Program-made: the position numbers and the translations under genes
Notes under the pieces: generated by a model
What the model was told of the DNA's origin: nothing
Databases searched by the model: none
What the model saw: the letters and a program-made list of their open reading frames with translations, nothing else
From: Spirochaetota bacterium
GTDB taxonomy: Bacteria; Spirochaetota; UBA4802; UBA5550
DNA length: 64,000 bases
Direction of reading: 5' to 3'
Assembly (NCBI GenBank): GCA_963663865.1
Contig: OY760686.1
Coordinates: 256,001-320,000, forward strand
Shown: positions 1 to 11,227 of the stretch, one piece after another
How the letters are laid out: each line of letters starts with the position of its first letter
Numbering within the stretch: position 1 is the first letter of the stretch

Positions 1-574
1 GCCCTTTCAGACTGTAGGGCCTGCCGAGAAGGTGAAGGGCCTCCGAAACATTTCCGGAAAGAATCTCGGCGCGGATCCAGGTCGATGAGACAGTCCTTTC
101 TCCTTCAAGTTCAGCGGGCACCCTGACAACCCCGATCCCGGTGGATGGGCTCAGCTTTTCCAAAAACTCCGCGTTGCCCCTTCGGTCATGGCCAAAGGCG
201 TGGTCGTACCCGATTACTATTGACGAGGCTCCGAGCTTGCCTTCAACAAAAGCGTAGTAGAATTCCCCGGCGTCGAGCATCACCGTATCATCTGTAAAGG
301 CCAAGACCACGACCGAGCTCACTCCCATTTCGAGAAAGAGCTCCGTCTTTTCGTCAGCTGTCGTTAGTATCTTAAGTTCTCTCTCGGGGTGCAGGACCTT
401 CTGCGGGTGCCTGTCGAGGGTTATAATGACAGAATCCCTGTTGTCGCGCCGGGCTGTTTCAAGCAGAGCACTTATTATCTTCTGGTGCCCGTGATGGACT
501 CCGTCAAAATTGCCTACCGTAACAACCGGCGATACCGGATTCTGTTTTCCGAAAATATGGTATTCTGGAAGCAT
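1..574 (-). CDS. ribF: Riboflavin kinase/FAD synthetase, N-terminal part (runs off window start)
   Basis: Not in ORF track. Manual translation from ATG at 574: MLPEYHIFGKQNPVSPVVTVGNFDGVHHGHQ...IVIGYDHAFGHDRRG...VSSTWIR...LLGRPYSLKG, with the hallmark RibF motifs GNFDGVH, GYDHxFG, SSTxIR and LLGRPY. Confidence 0.93.
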   Translation of the reverse strand, partial: MLPEYHIFGKQNPVSPVVTVGNFDGVHHGHQKIISALLETARRDNRDSVIITLDRHPQKVLHPERELKILTTADEKTELFLEMGVSSVVVLAFTDDTVMLDAGEFYYAFVEGKLGASSIVIGYDHAFGHDRRGNAEFLEKLSPSTGIGVVRVPAELEGERTVSSTWIRAEILSGNVSEALHLLGRPYSLKG

Positions 575-601
575 TTTATTCCGCGGTCTGGGCCGCTCCT
601 T

Positions 602-2194
602 TTATCTTTTTAAGGCTTCGTTCATGCGGATACAATCCAGCACGACAAGCGCCGCCATCGATTCAATGACCGGTATTATCCTCGGGACAATGCAGGGGTC
701 ATGCCTCCCTTCGACGATAATTTCCGTATTGTCACCTGAAGCCGTCTGAGTCTTTTGTTCCTTGAGGATTGACGGGGTCGGCTTCACCGCTATCCGCATA
801 AGAATATCCGCGCCGCTGCTCATCCCGCCGAGGACTCCGCCCGCGTGGTTTGACAGAAAAACACCGTCTGCCATTTCGTCGTTATTTTCACTTCCCCTGA
901 CACGGGCAGCCTCAAATCCGTCTCCGAACTCAACACCCTTTACCGCGCCGATGGAGACCATTGCCGCCGCCAGCCTTGCGTCGAGCTTTCCGAAAACAGG
1001 ATCGCCTAATCCGGCAGGAGCATTCTTAATAATAAGCCTGACGATCCCTCCAACGGAGTCGTGCTCCATTTTGGCCCTGACAATGGCCTCTTCCATAAGC
1101 GCGGACGCCTTTTGGTCCGCTGCGCGGACGCTGTTCGTCTCAATAATATTGAGATCAACCGTCTCACACTTGATACCGGCAATCTCCTCGGCGTAAGCTG
1201 TTATCATGATCCCGGCATCTTCGAGGATTTTCCTGGCAATTGCACCGGCCATCACCCTTCCGGCAGTCTCACGTCCTGATGAACGCCCGCCCCCCCTGTG
1301 GTCACGAAGCCCGTACTTCTTCCAGAACGTGAGGTCGGCATGTCCCGGCCTGAAAACATCACGCAAATAATCGTACCTCGCCGAGTCCTGGTCTTCGTTA
1401 TATATCAGCATGCATATCGGGGTTCCGGTTGCCTTTCCTTCAAAAACACCCGAAAGAATACGCACTGCGTCCTTCTCGTTGCGTGCCGTCGCTACCTTGC
1501 TCTGCCCCGGACGCCGCCTGTCGAGCTGCCTCTGAATATCCGCCTCATCAACAGGGGTCCCGGGCTTTATCCCGTCGAGAACAGCCCCGACGGCCTTTCC
1601 ATGACTTTCTCCAAAGGTTGTCACTCTGATGATGTTTCCGAATGTGTTGGGGGATGATGATCCAAGCTGGAGATGCGCTTCAACAAGTCCGGCAAGCGTA
1701 TTATGCAGCGATGCTTCATGGTCGCTTTCGACGGTGAGCACTATGTCAGCAAGGTGCTCAACCGCTTCATAAAGCCGCACATTCCTCAGCGCATGTACAG
1801 ACCGGCCGTCCTCTCCCGCTAAAAACGGCGGAAGGCCGCCCTGCTTTATTCTGCCCCATAACAGATCGTCCTCTGCTTTAAACAGCACCAGCAGCGAATT
1901 CTCTCTAAGAGCGGCGCGCGACCCTGGATTGAGCATTGTCGACCCGCCGGTGGAGATAACGCACCAGTCCTTATCCGAAATAGACGCGATTGCTTCCTTT
2001 TCGAGAGTGCGGAAAAAGGCCTCACCCTCGACGGTGTATATTTCACGGCAGCTGAGCTTTTGCCCCTTCCTGCCGGCATATATCTCTTCAATTACTTCAT
2101 CTGTTTCAATAAATGGTATATCGGTCAGACGGGCAAATCTGGCGCCCACAGTGCTCTTGCCCGATCCCTTCGGCCCCGTTATTACTATCCTCAT
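602..2194 (-). CDS. aroC: Shikimate kinase-chorismate synthase fusion (AroK-AroC)
   Basis: N-terminal [10 protein letters not shown]-loop, GEAFFR and STGG (shikimate kinase). C-terminal [28 protein letters not shown] and GRHDPC (chorismate synthase). Confidence 0.93.
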   Translation of the reverse strand: MRIVITGPKGSGKSTVGARFARLTDIPFIETDEVIEEIYAGRKGQKLSCREIYTVEGEAFFRTLEKEAIASISDKDWCVISTGGSTMLNPGSRAALRENSLLVLFKAEDDLLWGRIKQGGLPPFLAGEDGRSVHALRNVRLYEAVEHLADIVLTVESDHEASLHNTLAGLVEAHLQLGSSSPNTFGNIIRVTTFGESHGKAVGAVLDGIKPGTPVDEADIQRQLDRRRPGQSKVATARNEKDAVRILSGVFEGKATGTPICMLIYNEDQDSARYDYLRDVFRPGHADLTFWKKYGLRDHRGGGRSSGRETAGRVMAGAIARKILEDAGIMITAYAEEIAGIKCETVDLNIIETNSVRAADQKASALMEEAIVRAKMEHDSVGGIVRLIIKNAPAGLGDPVFGKLDARLAAAMVSIGAVKGVEFGDGFEAARVRGSENNDEMADGVFLSNHAGGVLGGMSSGADILMRIAVKPTPSILKEQKTQTASGDNTEIIVEGRHDPCIVPRIIPVIESMAALVVLDCIRMNEALKR

Positions 2195-2330
2195 TTCCTC
2201 TCCGGAATGTGAAGTTGTGCGGAGAACGCTGGAGAAACGCCCCCTTATTTATTAAAACTAAAAGGGTTAAAAGCCGGAATACGTCAAGGTTAAAATCCTG
2301 GCGGGCACAGAGGCAAGCTTACGAAACCAA

Positions 2331-3569
2331 TCACTCGCCCTCAAATTCAATCAGTGTATCAACGTGAAAACCTTCTTCAAGAAGCCTGCTTTTACCGCCA
2401 AGATCGGGAAGATCGACAATGAAAGAACAAGAAACAACCTCGCCGCCGAGGCGCCTGACAAGCTTGCTGGCCGCAACAGCCGTTCCGCCGGTCGCGATAA
2501 GATCATCCACAATGAGCACTCTCTGCCCCGGCGTTATAGCGTCCTCGTGGACCTCAAGCGTCTCAGTTCCATACTCAAGGGTGTAGGACTCAGATATGGT
2601 CTTTGAGGGAAGTTTCCCCGGCTTGCGGATAAGCACAAATCCGGCGCCGAGCTTTTCGGCCAGAAGAGAGCCTGTTATAAATCCGCGCGACTCAATTCCT
2701 GCCACAATATCAATATTGCTTCCCGAGTAGCGTGAAAAAAGAAGCTGAACGGCGTATTTCAGAGCCAGCTTGTCTCTGAACAGTGTCGACACATCGCGAA
2801 ACATTATCCCCTGCTTTGGGAAGTCAGGTATTGTCCTGATGCTGTCCTTTATGTAAGCGAGGCGGTTCCGTGATTCAACCGGCAAAAGAATCAGCATTCC
2901 TGAAACCAGGCGGAAGGAATTAATTGAAGCGGCATGAAGGACCTCGCTGAAGCTTACAGCGGCTTCCTCGTCAGCCCTGTCCGAAATAGTCCTGATGATA
3001 AGGTGAGGCACCGAATTCATCTCACAGACCTGTGCGACTGCAGCGCCCTCCATCTCAACACAGTCGCCGCCCAGAGCTTCATGCAGGTCTTTGACTCTGG
3101 CAGAATCTGAAATAAACTGATCTCCCGAAAGCACGCGTCCCACATAAAAAGGAAGCCCTGCCGATCTGGCGGCCTCCTGAGCGACTTCCCCCAGCATAAT
3201 ATCCGATTCAAATATGTGCAGGTCTGAAAAAGGAATTTGCCCCCTTGAGAATCCAAGCTGTGAGGCGTCAATATCGTGCTGCATGCTGTCCCTGGAAATG
3301 ACAATGTCGAGGACTTTCAACGCAGGGTTCACTCCGCCGGCTACCCCCGTATAGATTATCCTTGTAACATCATAGAGGTTTACCAGCATCTGCGCGCATA
3401 TCGCCGCGTTGACCTTGCCGACACCTGACCTCACAAGCACAACCTCATGTCCGTGCAGAAATCCCCTGTGAAACGTGGTCCTTGAAAACACTCTTGATGA
3501 CTTCTCCTCAAGAACCTCAAGATAGGCTTCCAGCTCCTCATCCATCGCGCTTATGATACCTATTAACAC
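2331..3569 (-). CDS. MTA/SAH nucleosidase fused to adenine phosphoribosyltransferase (MtnN-Apt)
   Basis: N-terminal IGIISAMDEE, SGVGKVNAA, VEMEGAAVAQ and IRTISDRAD (MtnN/Pfs). C-terminal IRTIPDFPKQGIMFRD, GIESRGF, RKPGKLP, YTLEYG and VDDLIATGGT (Apt). Confidence 0.92.
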   Translation of the reverse strand: MLIGIISAMDEELEAYLEVLEEKSSRVFSRTTFHRGFLHGHEVVLVRSGVGKVNAAICAQMLVNLYDVTRIIYTGVAGGVNPALKVLDIVISRDSMQHDIDASQLGFSRGQIPFSDLHIFESDIMLGEVAQEAARSAGLPFYVGRVLSGDQFISDSARVKDLHEALGGDCVEMEGAAVAQVCEMNSVPHLIIRTISDRADEEAAVSFSEVLHAASINSFRLVSGMLILLPVESRNRLAYIKDSIRTIPDFPKQGIMFRDVSTLFRDKLALKYAVQLLFSRYSGSNIDIVAGIESRGFITGSLLAEKLGAGFVLIRKPGKLPSKTISESYTLEYGTETLEVHEDAITPGQRVLIVDDLIATGGTAVAASKLVRRLGGEVVSCSFIVDLPDLGGKSRLLEEGFHVDTLIEFEGE

Positions 3570-3746
3570 CTTACAGACCGCCTGTAGTTTTATTTATGCA
3601 CGTCTTCCAGCGCGCCAGAATATCATTTACCTTGACAGAAGGCAGTGTCTACTTCTTTTTAGATAAATGCTGATTTACAGTTTCCTTGCCGTAGCGGCAA
3701 ACCCCCGGCATAATGGTCAGCCTCATCCTTGAAGTGGAGAAGAAAC

Positions 3747-4379
3747 ATGAAAAACATCGACATGGAGAACTGGCCGAGGCGAGACCACTTCGACTTTTTC
3801 ATGAGAGCCGAATATCCTCAATACAATGTATGCTTCAATCTTGACATCACCGAATTTCACGGAAAGATTAGAAAGGCCGGACTCCCTTTTTACCATACGG
3901 TAATCTATTTCACCACGGCCGCCGCAAACTCAATTCCAGAGTTCAGGTATCGCATTCGCGGAGAAAGCGTTGTTGAACACGACATCCTTCACCCCTCATT
4001 TACGCACATGCGCCCGGGCGAAGATATTTTCAGGATGATAACCGTTGACATGACCGGCACTCTTGATGAATTTCTCAAAGCAGCCTCTGAAAAATCATCA
4101 AAGCAGAATATCTTCATTGAGGCAGATAAGCTCGCCGGCAGAGATGACTTTCTGTACATAACATCACTGCCCTGGGTGTCCTTCACCAGCATATCCCACA
4201 CAATACGCCTGAACCGGGACGACGCTGTGCCGCGCCTGTCTTGGGGAAAGTTCTTTGAGCAGGGAGGCCGAATTCTGCTTCCCTACTCCGTCCACGTACA
4301 TCACGGTTTTGTCGACGGGTACCACATAGGGCTTTTTGAAAATCGGCTGGCGGAACTTCTTAACAAAGCAGAAATTTAA
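3747..4379 (+). CDS. CatA-family O-acetyltransferase (chloramphenicol acetyltransferase-like)
   Basis: IDMENWPRRDHFDFF start, ITSLPWVSFTS, WGKF and catalytic HHGFVDGYH motif. ATG 3747 follows a GGAG RBS. Confidence 0.85.
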   Translation: MKNIDMENWPRRDHFDFFMRAEYPQYNVCFNLDITEFHGKIRKAGLPFYHTVIYFTTAAANSIPEFRYRIRGESVVEHDILHPSFTHMRPGEDIFRMITVDMTGTLDEFLKAASEKSSKQNIFIEADKLAGRDDFLYITSLPWVSFTSISHTIRLNRDDAVPRLSWGKFFEQGGRILLPYSVHVHHGFVDGYHIGLFENRLAELLNKAEI

Positions 4380-4380
4380 G

Positions 4381-4527
4381 ACCAAAGGATCAGAAACTAT
4401 TGCCAAACTGTGGTCAATAGTTGAAAACTCTGAAAAAGAAGTTACATCGGTTCTGAATGAAAACGAACAGGAAATTTTTTCAACATGCCGCTGAAAATCA
4501 AAAACAAATGTGCCGAGCTGATTTGAT
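4381..4527 (+). pseudogene. Probable 3' remnant of a MarR-family regulator gene
   Basis: Reads TKGSETIAKLWSIVENSEKEVTSVLNENEQEIF, then (after a one-base slip in a T run) NMPLKIKNKCAELI*. Resembles the MarR C-terminal helices after LTxKG. No start codon or HTH part. Confidence 0.4.
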
Positions 4528-4758
4528 CGGAAGCCTATGACTGATTCGCATGCTTATCTTCTGTGAATTGTCTTCCTACCTTTTCAACAAATGACATATA
4601 TCGACTTCTGTAATTTTTTTGTTGAATAATCATCCACAATATGGCAAAAAATATAGACACACACAGGGCATTTAACACTACTTGACTGTCAGGCTCTTTC
4701 CCGGTTTTCAACTGAGATTAGCCAGTTGATTATTAATGATTTTTACAAACGGTACAAA

Positions 4759-6234
4759 ATGGATATTACAATAAAGCGGACTAATAAAATAGTCCTTACC
4801 ACTAACTGGATACTCGACACCTTTCTGCTGCTCGGATACATATCAGAGTACATCAAAGGCGGACGCCCGCTTGAATATGTCCTGACCTTCCTTCTGCTTC
4901 TGCTTGTCCCGATGGTATCAGCTCAGGTTATTTACAAAAATAAAAACGACAGCGCGGCAATCAAGTACATCACCATTGTGGGATTCTTCATCCTCTATTC
5001 GTTCGCTCTGTTTACAACTACCAGGGTGCTTGTTTTCGTCTATATCATTCCTATAATACTTAACTATCTTTTGTATTTCAACCTCCGCTTCATAACAGTA
5101 TCCGTTATAACCGTCGTAGTTCTAAACCTTCTGCGAGTTCTGCAAATGTATTTTATTCACGGCATCAATGACAGATCAACGACAACGGACTACACCATTC
5201 AGATGGCCTGTGTCATCCTGGTTGCTATCGCTCTTTATGTAACGACTAAACTCTCAAATCTATTTAATGCGGAAAAGATTTCAAAGATACAGGAAGAAAA
5301 GGAAAACAAGGATCGTGTATCCCGCCAGATACAGGAACAGACCGGGGTACTTTTCAACCTCGTCGACCTTCAGAACAACCTCATCCTTACCTTTAATGAG
5401 AAGCTTCAAAACCAGGCCGCAAGCTTTGTTCTGATGAAGGAGTCCCTTGAAACACTTCTCTTTAAAGCCGAAAATATACGAAATATTTCGGGCGACCAGT
5501 TAGGCAGCAACGAGATAATTGAAAGCTCAATATCCGAGTACACCGGCATTCAGCTCAATACCAAGAAAAGCCTTAACAGCACGCTTGACGAGATGGAAGA
5601 GGCACTCGGCAACTCGGCCGCCATGGAGAAAAAGCTGCTTCAGGTGGAAAACACCGTTTCCGACTTCAGGGAGCAAAGCGAAAGAATTCAGCATACCGTA
5701 ACCATTATCGTAGAAATTGCGGACAAGATAAACCTCCTGTCGCTCAACGCAAGCATTGAAGCGGCAAGGGCCGGCGATGCCGGCCGGGGTTTTGCCGTCG
5801 TAGCAGACGAGATAGGCAAGCTCGCGGTTCAAACATCAGAAAGCATCGGGGAGATAAACTCGGTTTTGACAATAAACGCGCGCTCAACCGAAGAAGGCGT
5901 ATCCGTTATAAAGGACACAGCGTCGATGGTTAAGCAATTGCTGGGGTCAATGCACGAAAGCTCAAAGAAGATCGGAGAACTTCAGGAAAGCATACTTAAC
6001 GAAGAAAAGCACATCAGCCGTATAATTGAGGCCATGAAGAAAAACATGGAGTTGGCCGACATGATCGGCGCGGAAACAGACGAGCAGAAGAGCTCCATCA
6101 ACACCTCATCAGAACTGATACAGCAGCTAAGCTCCGCGCTGCAGGACATGGGCGAACAGATGGAAACGCTTTCCTCCACCTCGCAGGAGATTTACAACAC
6201 GGCCAACGAGGTAATCAGCAACACCCAGGGTTAA
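4759..6234 (+). CDS. Methyl-accepting chemotaxis protein with multi-TM N-terminal domain
   Basis: Several hydrophobic segments, then signalling hairpin [37 protein letters not shown]. Confidence 0.9.
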   Translation: MDITIKRTNKIVLTTNWILDTFLLLGYISEYIKGGRPLEYVLTFLLLLLVPMVSAQVIYKNKNDSAAIKYITIVGFFILYSFALFTTTRVLVFVYIIPIILNYLLYFNLRFITVSVITVVVLNLLRVLQMYFIHGINDRSTTTDYTIQMACVILVAIALYVTTKLSNLFNAEKISKIQEEKENKDRVSRQIQEQTGVLFNLVDLQNNLILTFNEKLQNQAASFVLMKESLETLLFKAENIRNISGDQLGSNEIIESSISEYTGIQLNTKKSLNSTLDEMEEALGNSAAMEKKLLQVENTVSDFREQSERIQHTVTIIVEIADKINLLSLNASIEAARAGDAGRGFAVVADEIGKLAVQTSESIGEINSVLTINARSTEEGVSVIKDTASMVKQLLGSMHESSKKIGELQESILNEEKHISRIIEAMKKNMELADMIGAETDEQKSSINTSSELIQQLSSALQDMGEQMETLSSTSQEIYNTANEVISNTQG

Positions 6235-6255
6235 GCCTTCAGGACAGGGCCTTTT

Positions 6256-6321
6256 TCATTTCATAACAATCTTTCTCTTCATCGTTCCGTAAAGGGCAAC
6301 CGCGTCCTCATGCCTGTAGAC
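6256..6321 (-). repeat. Displaced copy of the dinG 3' end (att-like direct repeat, copy 1)
   Basis: 63/66 nt identical to 11699-11764. Encodes VYRHEDAVALYGTMKRKIVMK* on the minus strand. Confidence 0.92.
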
Positions 6322-6723
6322 TACGAGGCTTATGGAGTGCAGGACCTTATTGAGAAAAGATGCAGGGTTACTTCATGTCAATCCTTACTGTACAGTGAGG
6401 TGGTACTATTATAACAAACGGATCACGCAAATTGCTCAATTCTGAGCTTATTGCAACATTCCCGTTTGTCTCATTATCTGACGCAAGATCATTTCTGGCT
6501 TTTTTCAAACTCATGCTTTAATGATTAAAGCTTTTATATGTCAAAGAATATGCACATCCTGAGCGAACCTGATTATTATGTATTTTTAAAAATATTGCCG
6601 TATCATGAAGATGGGGCTGCAGGTCACGAAGGGACGGGCCTGGACAAGAAATAAACAATTAAGAGAGCCAAAGTCTTAGAGCATGGACGCCGGAGTCCCG
6701 AAGCTTCATGTATTTGCAGATTT

Positions 6724-9003
6724 TCAATATTTAACTTCAAAACTTCCTATCATCGTATTACTGTCTTCAACATCCGAAGATGGGCCCACATAAAGCTGAT
6801 ACTCAATTTGTTCCACTAGCCAGGAATTTGTGCCAGTATCATAATAGGCCAGATCCTCAACAGATAAAGAGAGTTCCACGCTGACCGTTTCTCCTGGTGC
6901 AAGTGACACTCGTTTAAAATCCTTCAACTCTTTTACTGGCCGGCCTATACCGTCACTCACCAGGGTGTTAGTAAAGCCAACATAGAGCTGCACTATCTCA
7001 TCTCCGGCCATTGCACCGGCATTGGTAATATCAACTGTAACCCAAATGAACCCGCTATCATCAACTATGGGGGGTTCCACAATTAGGTTGGAATATTCAT
7101 AAGTAGTGTAGCTCAACCCGAAACCGAAAGGGTAGCGTGGTTTTATTGCGTACTTGTCCAGATACCGATACCCGTGATAATAATTATATGTTACTTTTGA
7201 GGAAGTGTTATTAAATGCGGGATAATCATTTTCGGAGACAGGAAATGCCTGTGGAAGTTTTCCTGAAGGGTTAACATCCCCAAAAAGAATTTCACCAATA
7301 GCAAGCCCTCCCTGCATACCAGGATACCAGGCCATCAGCACCGCTTTAAGATTTTCATGGTTGGGGTCATCATCAGCCCAGGCTTTCATATCTATAGCGC
7401 CGCCTGACTCAAGCACAACAATGACATTGGAATTACAGGCCATAGCCTCCTGGATGGAAGTGACTTCATCATCGGGCAATGACATACTGCGTCTGTCAAT
7501 GGAAAATGGTTTTCCTTCTCCCTCTTCTCTTTGTCCATAAGCGCATATAACTATTACGCAGTCTGCATCGCTAACCGTTTCAGTGTTTTCGTTAACTGTT
7601 TTCTGAAATTCAACATTGATATCTTCTCCAGCAGCTGATTTAATCCCTTCATAGGGACTGATTCCTGTTGAAGAAACAGACTCACTGCTTCCTAAATCAC
7701 CGGTTCGCACAGTGTCGCCGTACTCACCAATCACAATAATTTTGGAAACCATGGATCTGTTTACAGGCAGAATATTTCCTTCATTTTTCAGAAGTACAAT
7801 ACTTTTTTCAGCTGTTTCAAGAGCAAGCGCAATGTTTCCCGGTGTTTCCAGCATAGTTTTGTCTGTAAGTGGCATTTCCCCTTTTTTCAGATCATAATAG
7901 TCCAGGTTGTACTGCAGTTTCCGCCTTAGTATCCGCTTTGCCGCATCGTCTATCGGAGCCCTGTCGACCTCACCGTTCTCAATATACTTTATAATGTCGT
8001 CATAATAATTATTTTCAAAAAAAACATACGTAGGATTATCAAAAAAACTATAAGGGTGTTCCAGATCAAGCCCGGCAACAATGGAATCAACAGTGGAATG
8101 CATTGCACCAAAATCAGATATCACAAACCCCTGAAAGTCCCATTCATTTTTCAGTATTTCTCTCAATAAATGATAATTCTGACAGCAATAGCTTCCGTTC
8201 AGCTGGGTATAGGCACCCATGACTGCAGCTACATCAGCCTTCTGCACGGCATTTTTAAATGCGGGCAAATACACCTCCCGCAGGGTGCGCTCATCCATCT
8301 GCGCATTCACAAAGAACCTCGTGTCCTCTATATTATTTGCGGCGAAGTGCTTTACGCAGGCCAGTACGGGATTCTCCCCTAATTCAGGAGTCTGCTGCAT
8401 GGACTTGATGTATGCCACACCAAATGCACTTAAAAGGCAGGAATCTTCACCATAGGTTTCCTGCGCTCGCCCCCAGCGTGGATGCATCAGCTGGTTAATA
8501 CAGGGAGAGAAAGTCATATTGTAACCCCAGGCCCGTGCCTCACTAGCGATTACTGCCGCAACCCTAGCTTCTAGGTCAATGTCCCATGAAGCGGCCCGAG
8601 CCATAGCCACAGGAAAGGTTGTTGCATTTTGAGAAGAATAACGGGCAGACATGCCCCTGGTCCCATTACACTGAATAAATCCGGGGATTTGCAAGCGGTC
8701 ATTATTAGGGGTTTTGAAATTAAAATCATCACCCCAAGCATAATTACCACCCTGCATCTGTTCAATTTTTTCTTCGATGGTCATTGAAGCAAGGAGCTCA
8801 TTAAGCCGGTCATCTAAACTGGAATCTCTGGTGTTGCTGCAGGTGGTCACTGAAAGAATACCGAATATATTTATTGCAGAAACAAATAACGCGCTGCTGT
8901 ACCAGCACTTAATAGACCTGAGTACCATGGAAATCAGGTTAAAATATTTGTTTTGCGCTTGTTTGAAAAAAACCGATGATATTCCAAAACAATACTTTTT
9001 CAT
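6724..9003 (-). CDS. GH3 beta-glucosidase (with C-terminal Fn3-like domain), probably exported
   Basis: HPRWGRAQETYGED, ACVKHFAANN, LREVYLPAF, GFVISDF nucleophile motif, YPFGFGLSYTTY, EIVQLYV and KELKDFKRV. Start codon uncertain. Confidence 0.92.
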   Translation of the reverse strand: MKKYCFGISSVFFKQAQNKYFNLISMVLRSIKCWYSSALFVSAINIFGILSVTTCSNTRDSSLDDRLNELLASMTIEEKIEQMQGGNYAWGDDFNFKTPNNDRLQIPGFIQCNGTRGMSARYSSQNATTFPVAMARAASWDIDLEARVAAVIASEARAWGYNMTFSPCINQLMHPRWGRAQETYGEDSCLLSAFGVAYIKSMQQTPELGENPVLACVKHFAANNIEDTRFFVNAQMDERTLREVYLPAFKNAVQKADVAAVMGAYTQLNGSYCCQNYHLLREILKNEWDFQGFVISDFGAMHSTVDSIVAGLDLEHPYSFFDNPTYVFFENNYYDDIIKYIENGEVDRAPIDDAAKRILRRKLQYNLDYYDLKKGEMPLTDKTMLETPGNIALALETAEKSIVLLKNEGNILPVNRSMVSKIIVIGEYGDTVRTGDLGSSESVSSTGISPYEGIKSAAGEDINVEFQKTVNENTETVSDADCVIVICAYGQREEGEGKPFSIDRRSMSLPDDEVTSIQEAMACNSNVIVVLESGGAIDMKAWADDDPNHENLKAVLMAWYPGMQGGLAIGEILFGDVNPSGKLPQAFPVSENDYPAFNNTSSKVTYNYYHGYRYLDKYAIKPRYPFGFGLSYTTYEYSNLIVEPPIVDDSGFIWVTVDITNAGAMAGDEIVQLYVGFTNTLVSDGIGRPVKELKDFKRVSLAPGETVSVELSLSVEDLAYYDTGTNSWLVEQIEYQLYVGPSSDVEDSNTMIGSFEVKY

Positions 9004-9067
9004 AAAATGACTCCCTGATTGTTTTTATGTTTTGTTTTCAATTTTGCCAGGAATTAAGCTTTTTTAT

Positions 9068-10816
9068 TTAATAGACAAACATATTCTCATAAGTTGGGAT
9101 AGTTATTCCTACCTGCAGCCATGCATTGCGTACCTGAGTGTATTGCCAAATATCTTCAGGATCATAGTAGTCATAGGGATTACCATCCAATTCTACGGCC
9201 GCACATCCCCATGCACACGCAGCATCGTAGAAACCGCTATTTAGTGTCTTATGAATCAGGGTGCCATCCAGTACAACCTTGCCGGCGGCTTCAATGCCAA
9301 GTTGCAGTGTAAGCAAGTAAAAGGCGTGAGAAACTACAGTTGAATTGATATGAGTATAATCACCATCAGTATCAGCCCAGTATGTGCCATGATAATATGA
9401 TGGATTATGAGTTCGATTTGGATCTTTATAGTCTCTTATTGAATAAAAAGATAATGGATTCAAATGTATATCTTCACCCGTCATCCAGTCGGAATAACCA
9501 TGGGTGAAGTTTGGATGCTGGGATAATCCATTAGGTTGTGCCCAGTATTCAACCAGAAAGGAAAATATGTCAGCAAATGCCTCACAATAGGCACCAGATT
9601 CATTTTTTTGTGTTGTAATACCCACATCGGAATATTGGATTGCATGGCCATATTCATGGGCAACACATTCCAAAACATGGTAAGCGGAGTTTCCATCATA
9701 AGCACCCCCAAAATAAAAGCTATGATCATATGTACTAAAAAAAGCTGAACCTGCTTCTGTAAATAACATATTGATAATGATGGGTGAATTTGCGTAATTA
9801 TCATCCCAGCCTTTTCTGCCCATTTCTTTGCCAACATATTCCTGTGTTTTTGATATATTATAGGCAGCAGACATAACATCAGGTCTTGAACTTCCTATAC
9901 TCAGTGGATCGCTCGTGAATAAAAATCTATTCACAACATATGCGTAGTGTGCATCCCATACTTCGAACTTTCCAGTACTCCAACCGCTGTTATTAAAAAT
10001 ATATTTTGCCATAGTATAATGGTCATAATAAGCGCAAACATCATGACAAGGATAATAGTAACCACAGGATGCTTGATCAGTTATCACATTGACGCTTTGC
10101 CCCCCTTCGATGTTCATAATATTCCCTGTAAACACGAACTCACTGTAATTTATGGTTCCATTGTAATAATGGATAATACTGCCATCATTGGCATTAACCA
10201 GAAAATGTAGATTTATTTCCAAATCATTTTCGATATAGCTGATTCTTAATTCATAAATCAGTTGTGAATTAAATATAGCCAGCCTTGGTTCCTCTGTAAC
10301 AGATAAATCCTCTTTATCATCATATTCAGATGAAATTATCTTTTTTACATCTGCAGCTTTTATAACCGGTTTGACTGAAAATTCAGTGTTAGAGAAATAC
10401 TCGCCAGTCAGAGAGTACATATTTCCATTTTGATCAAAATGCTCAATCAACTCGCCATCAAGCACTTTAATCCCTTTAAAGTACTGCTGAAAGCGTTTAT
10501 GAATGTTTCCACTTTTATCTTTTTTGTTTTTCTTTAATTCTAATTCAGAATAAACAGTGTCCATTAAATCTGAAACAAGACTTGGATTGATTTCATTATT
10601 TTGAGTTGATTTATTTGACATAAACCATGTTGAGTCGGAGGTAAGGATCGGAGGGTAGAAAAATCTGTTAATGCGTTTATACCCATCTTTAAAACTTGCT
10701 TCTCTAAATGCTTCTTGATCCTTATCAGTAGTCGAAATATTACTTGTCTGGTTGTGATCATTACAACTCAACAAGACAAAGAATGATAATGCTGAAAAAA
10801 AATATAATCGTTTCAT
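9068..10816 (-). CDS. M4 (thermolysin-like) metallopeptidase lipoprotein with FTP/PepSY propeptide
   Basis: Lipobox MKRLYFFSALSFFVLLSC after GGAGG RBS. Propeptide RFQQYFKGIKV, then AHEYGH, EAFADIF and THINS. Confidence 0.88.
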   Translation of the reverse strand: MKRLYFFSALSFFVLLSCNDHNQTSNISTTDKDQEAFREASFKDGYKRINRFFYPPILTSDSTWFMSNKSTQNNEINPSLVSDLMDTVYSELELKKNKKDKSGNIHKRFQQYFKGIKVLDGELIEHFDQNGNMYSLTGEYFSNTEFSVKPVIKAADVKKIISSEYDDKEDLSVTEEPRLAIFNSQLIYELRISYIENDLEINLHFLVNANDGSIIHYYNGTINYSEFVFTGNIMNIEGGQSVNVITDQASCGYYYPCHDVCAYYDHYTMAKYIFNNSGWSTGKFEVWDAHYAYVVNRFLFTSDPLSIGSSRPDVMSAAYNISKTQEYVGKEMGRKGWDDNYANSPIIINMLFTEAGSAFFSTYDHSFYFGGAYDGNSAYHVLECVAHEYGHAIQYSDVGITTQKNESGAYCEAFADIFSFLVEYWAQPNGLSQHPNFTHGYSDWMTGEDIHLNPLSFYSIRDYKDPNRTHNPSYYHGTYWADTDGDYTHINSTVVSHAFYLLTLQLGIEAAGKVVLDGTLIHKTLNSGFYDAACAWGCAAVELDGNPYDYYDPEDIWQYTQVRNAWLQVGITIPTYENMFVY

Positions 10817-11227
10817 TAAACCTCCTTCCCCCAATATAATAGTATTTACAGATGTATTATGTTTTAGCTTTACAAGATACAATTATACTAACTGAAGGAA
10901 GTTAAGAAAATGAACATATAACATGCTCAATGATGAATAATAATAATATTAACTGCCATCTCAATCCAATTACTGGCATGTCAGAAATTGCATTATATAT
11001 TATTCTGGCTATCGGTATATGTGCTGTAATCTATATTTTAGTGAAGTAATAGATGAAGAGATGGTTTTACTCCAAGTTTTTTGGAGAAACATTATTTATA
11101 CAATGTTGATATCGAAAAAAATTGATTAAAAGATGTGAAAAAAATGTTTTTACTGATGCCTCATGGTTTCAGTTAAAATTAAAATGGTATTGATACATAA
11201 AGTGTTTTAAAACTATGAAGTTGGTCC

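Noticed and set aside
6430-6720. Possible decayed transposase or recombinase at the left end of the dinG island
   Set aside because: Only short broken frames with no convincing catalytic motif. It would need tBLASTx support.
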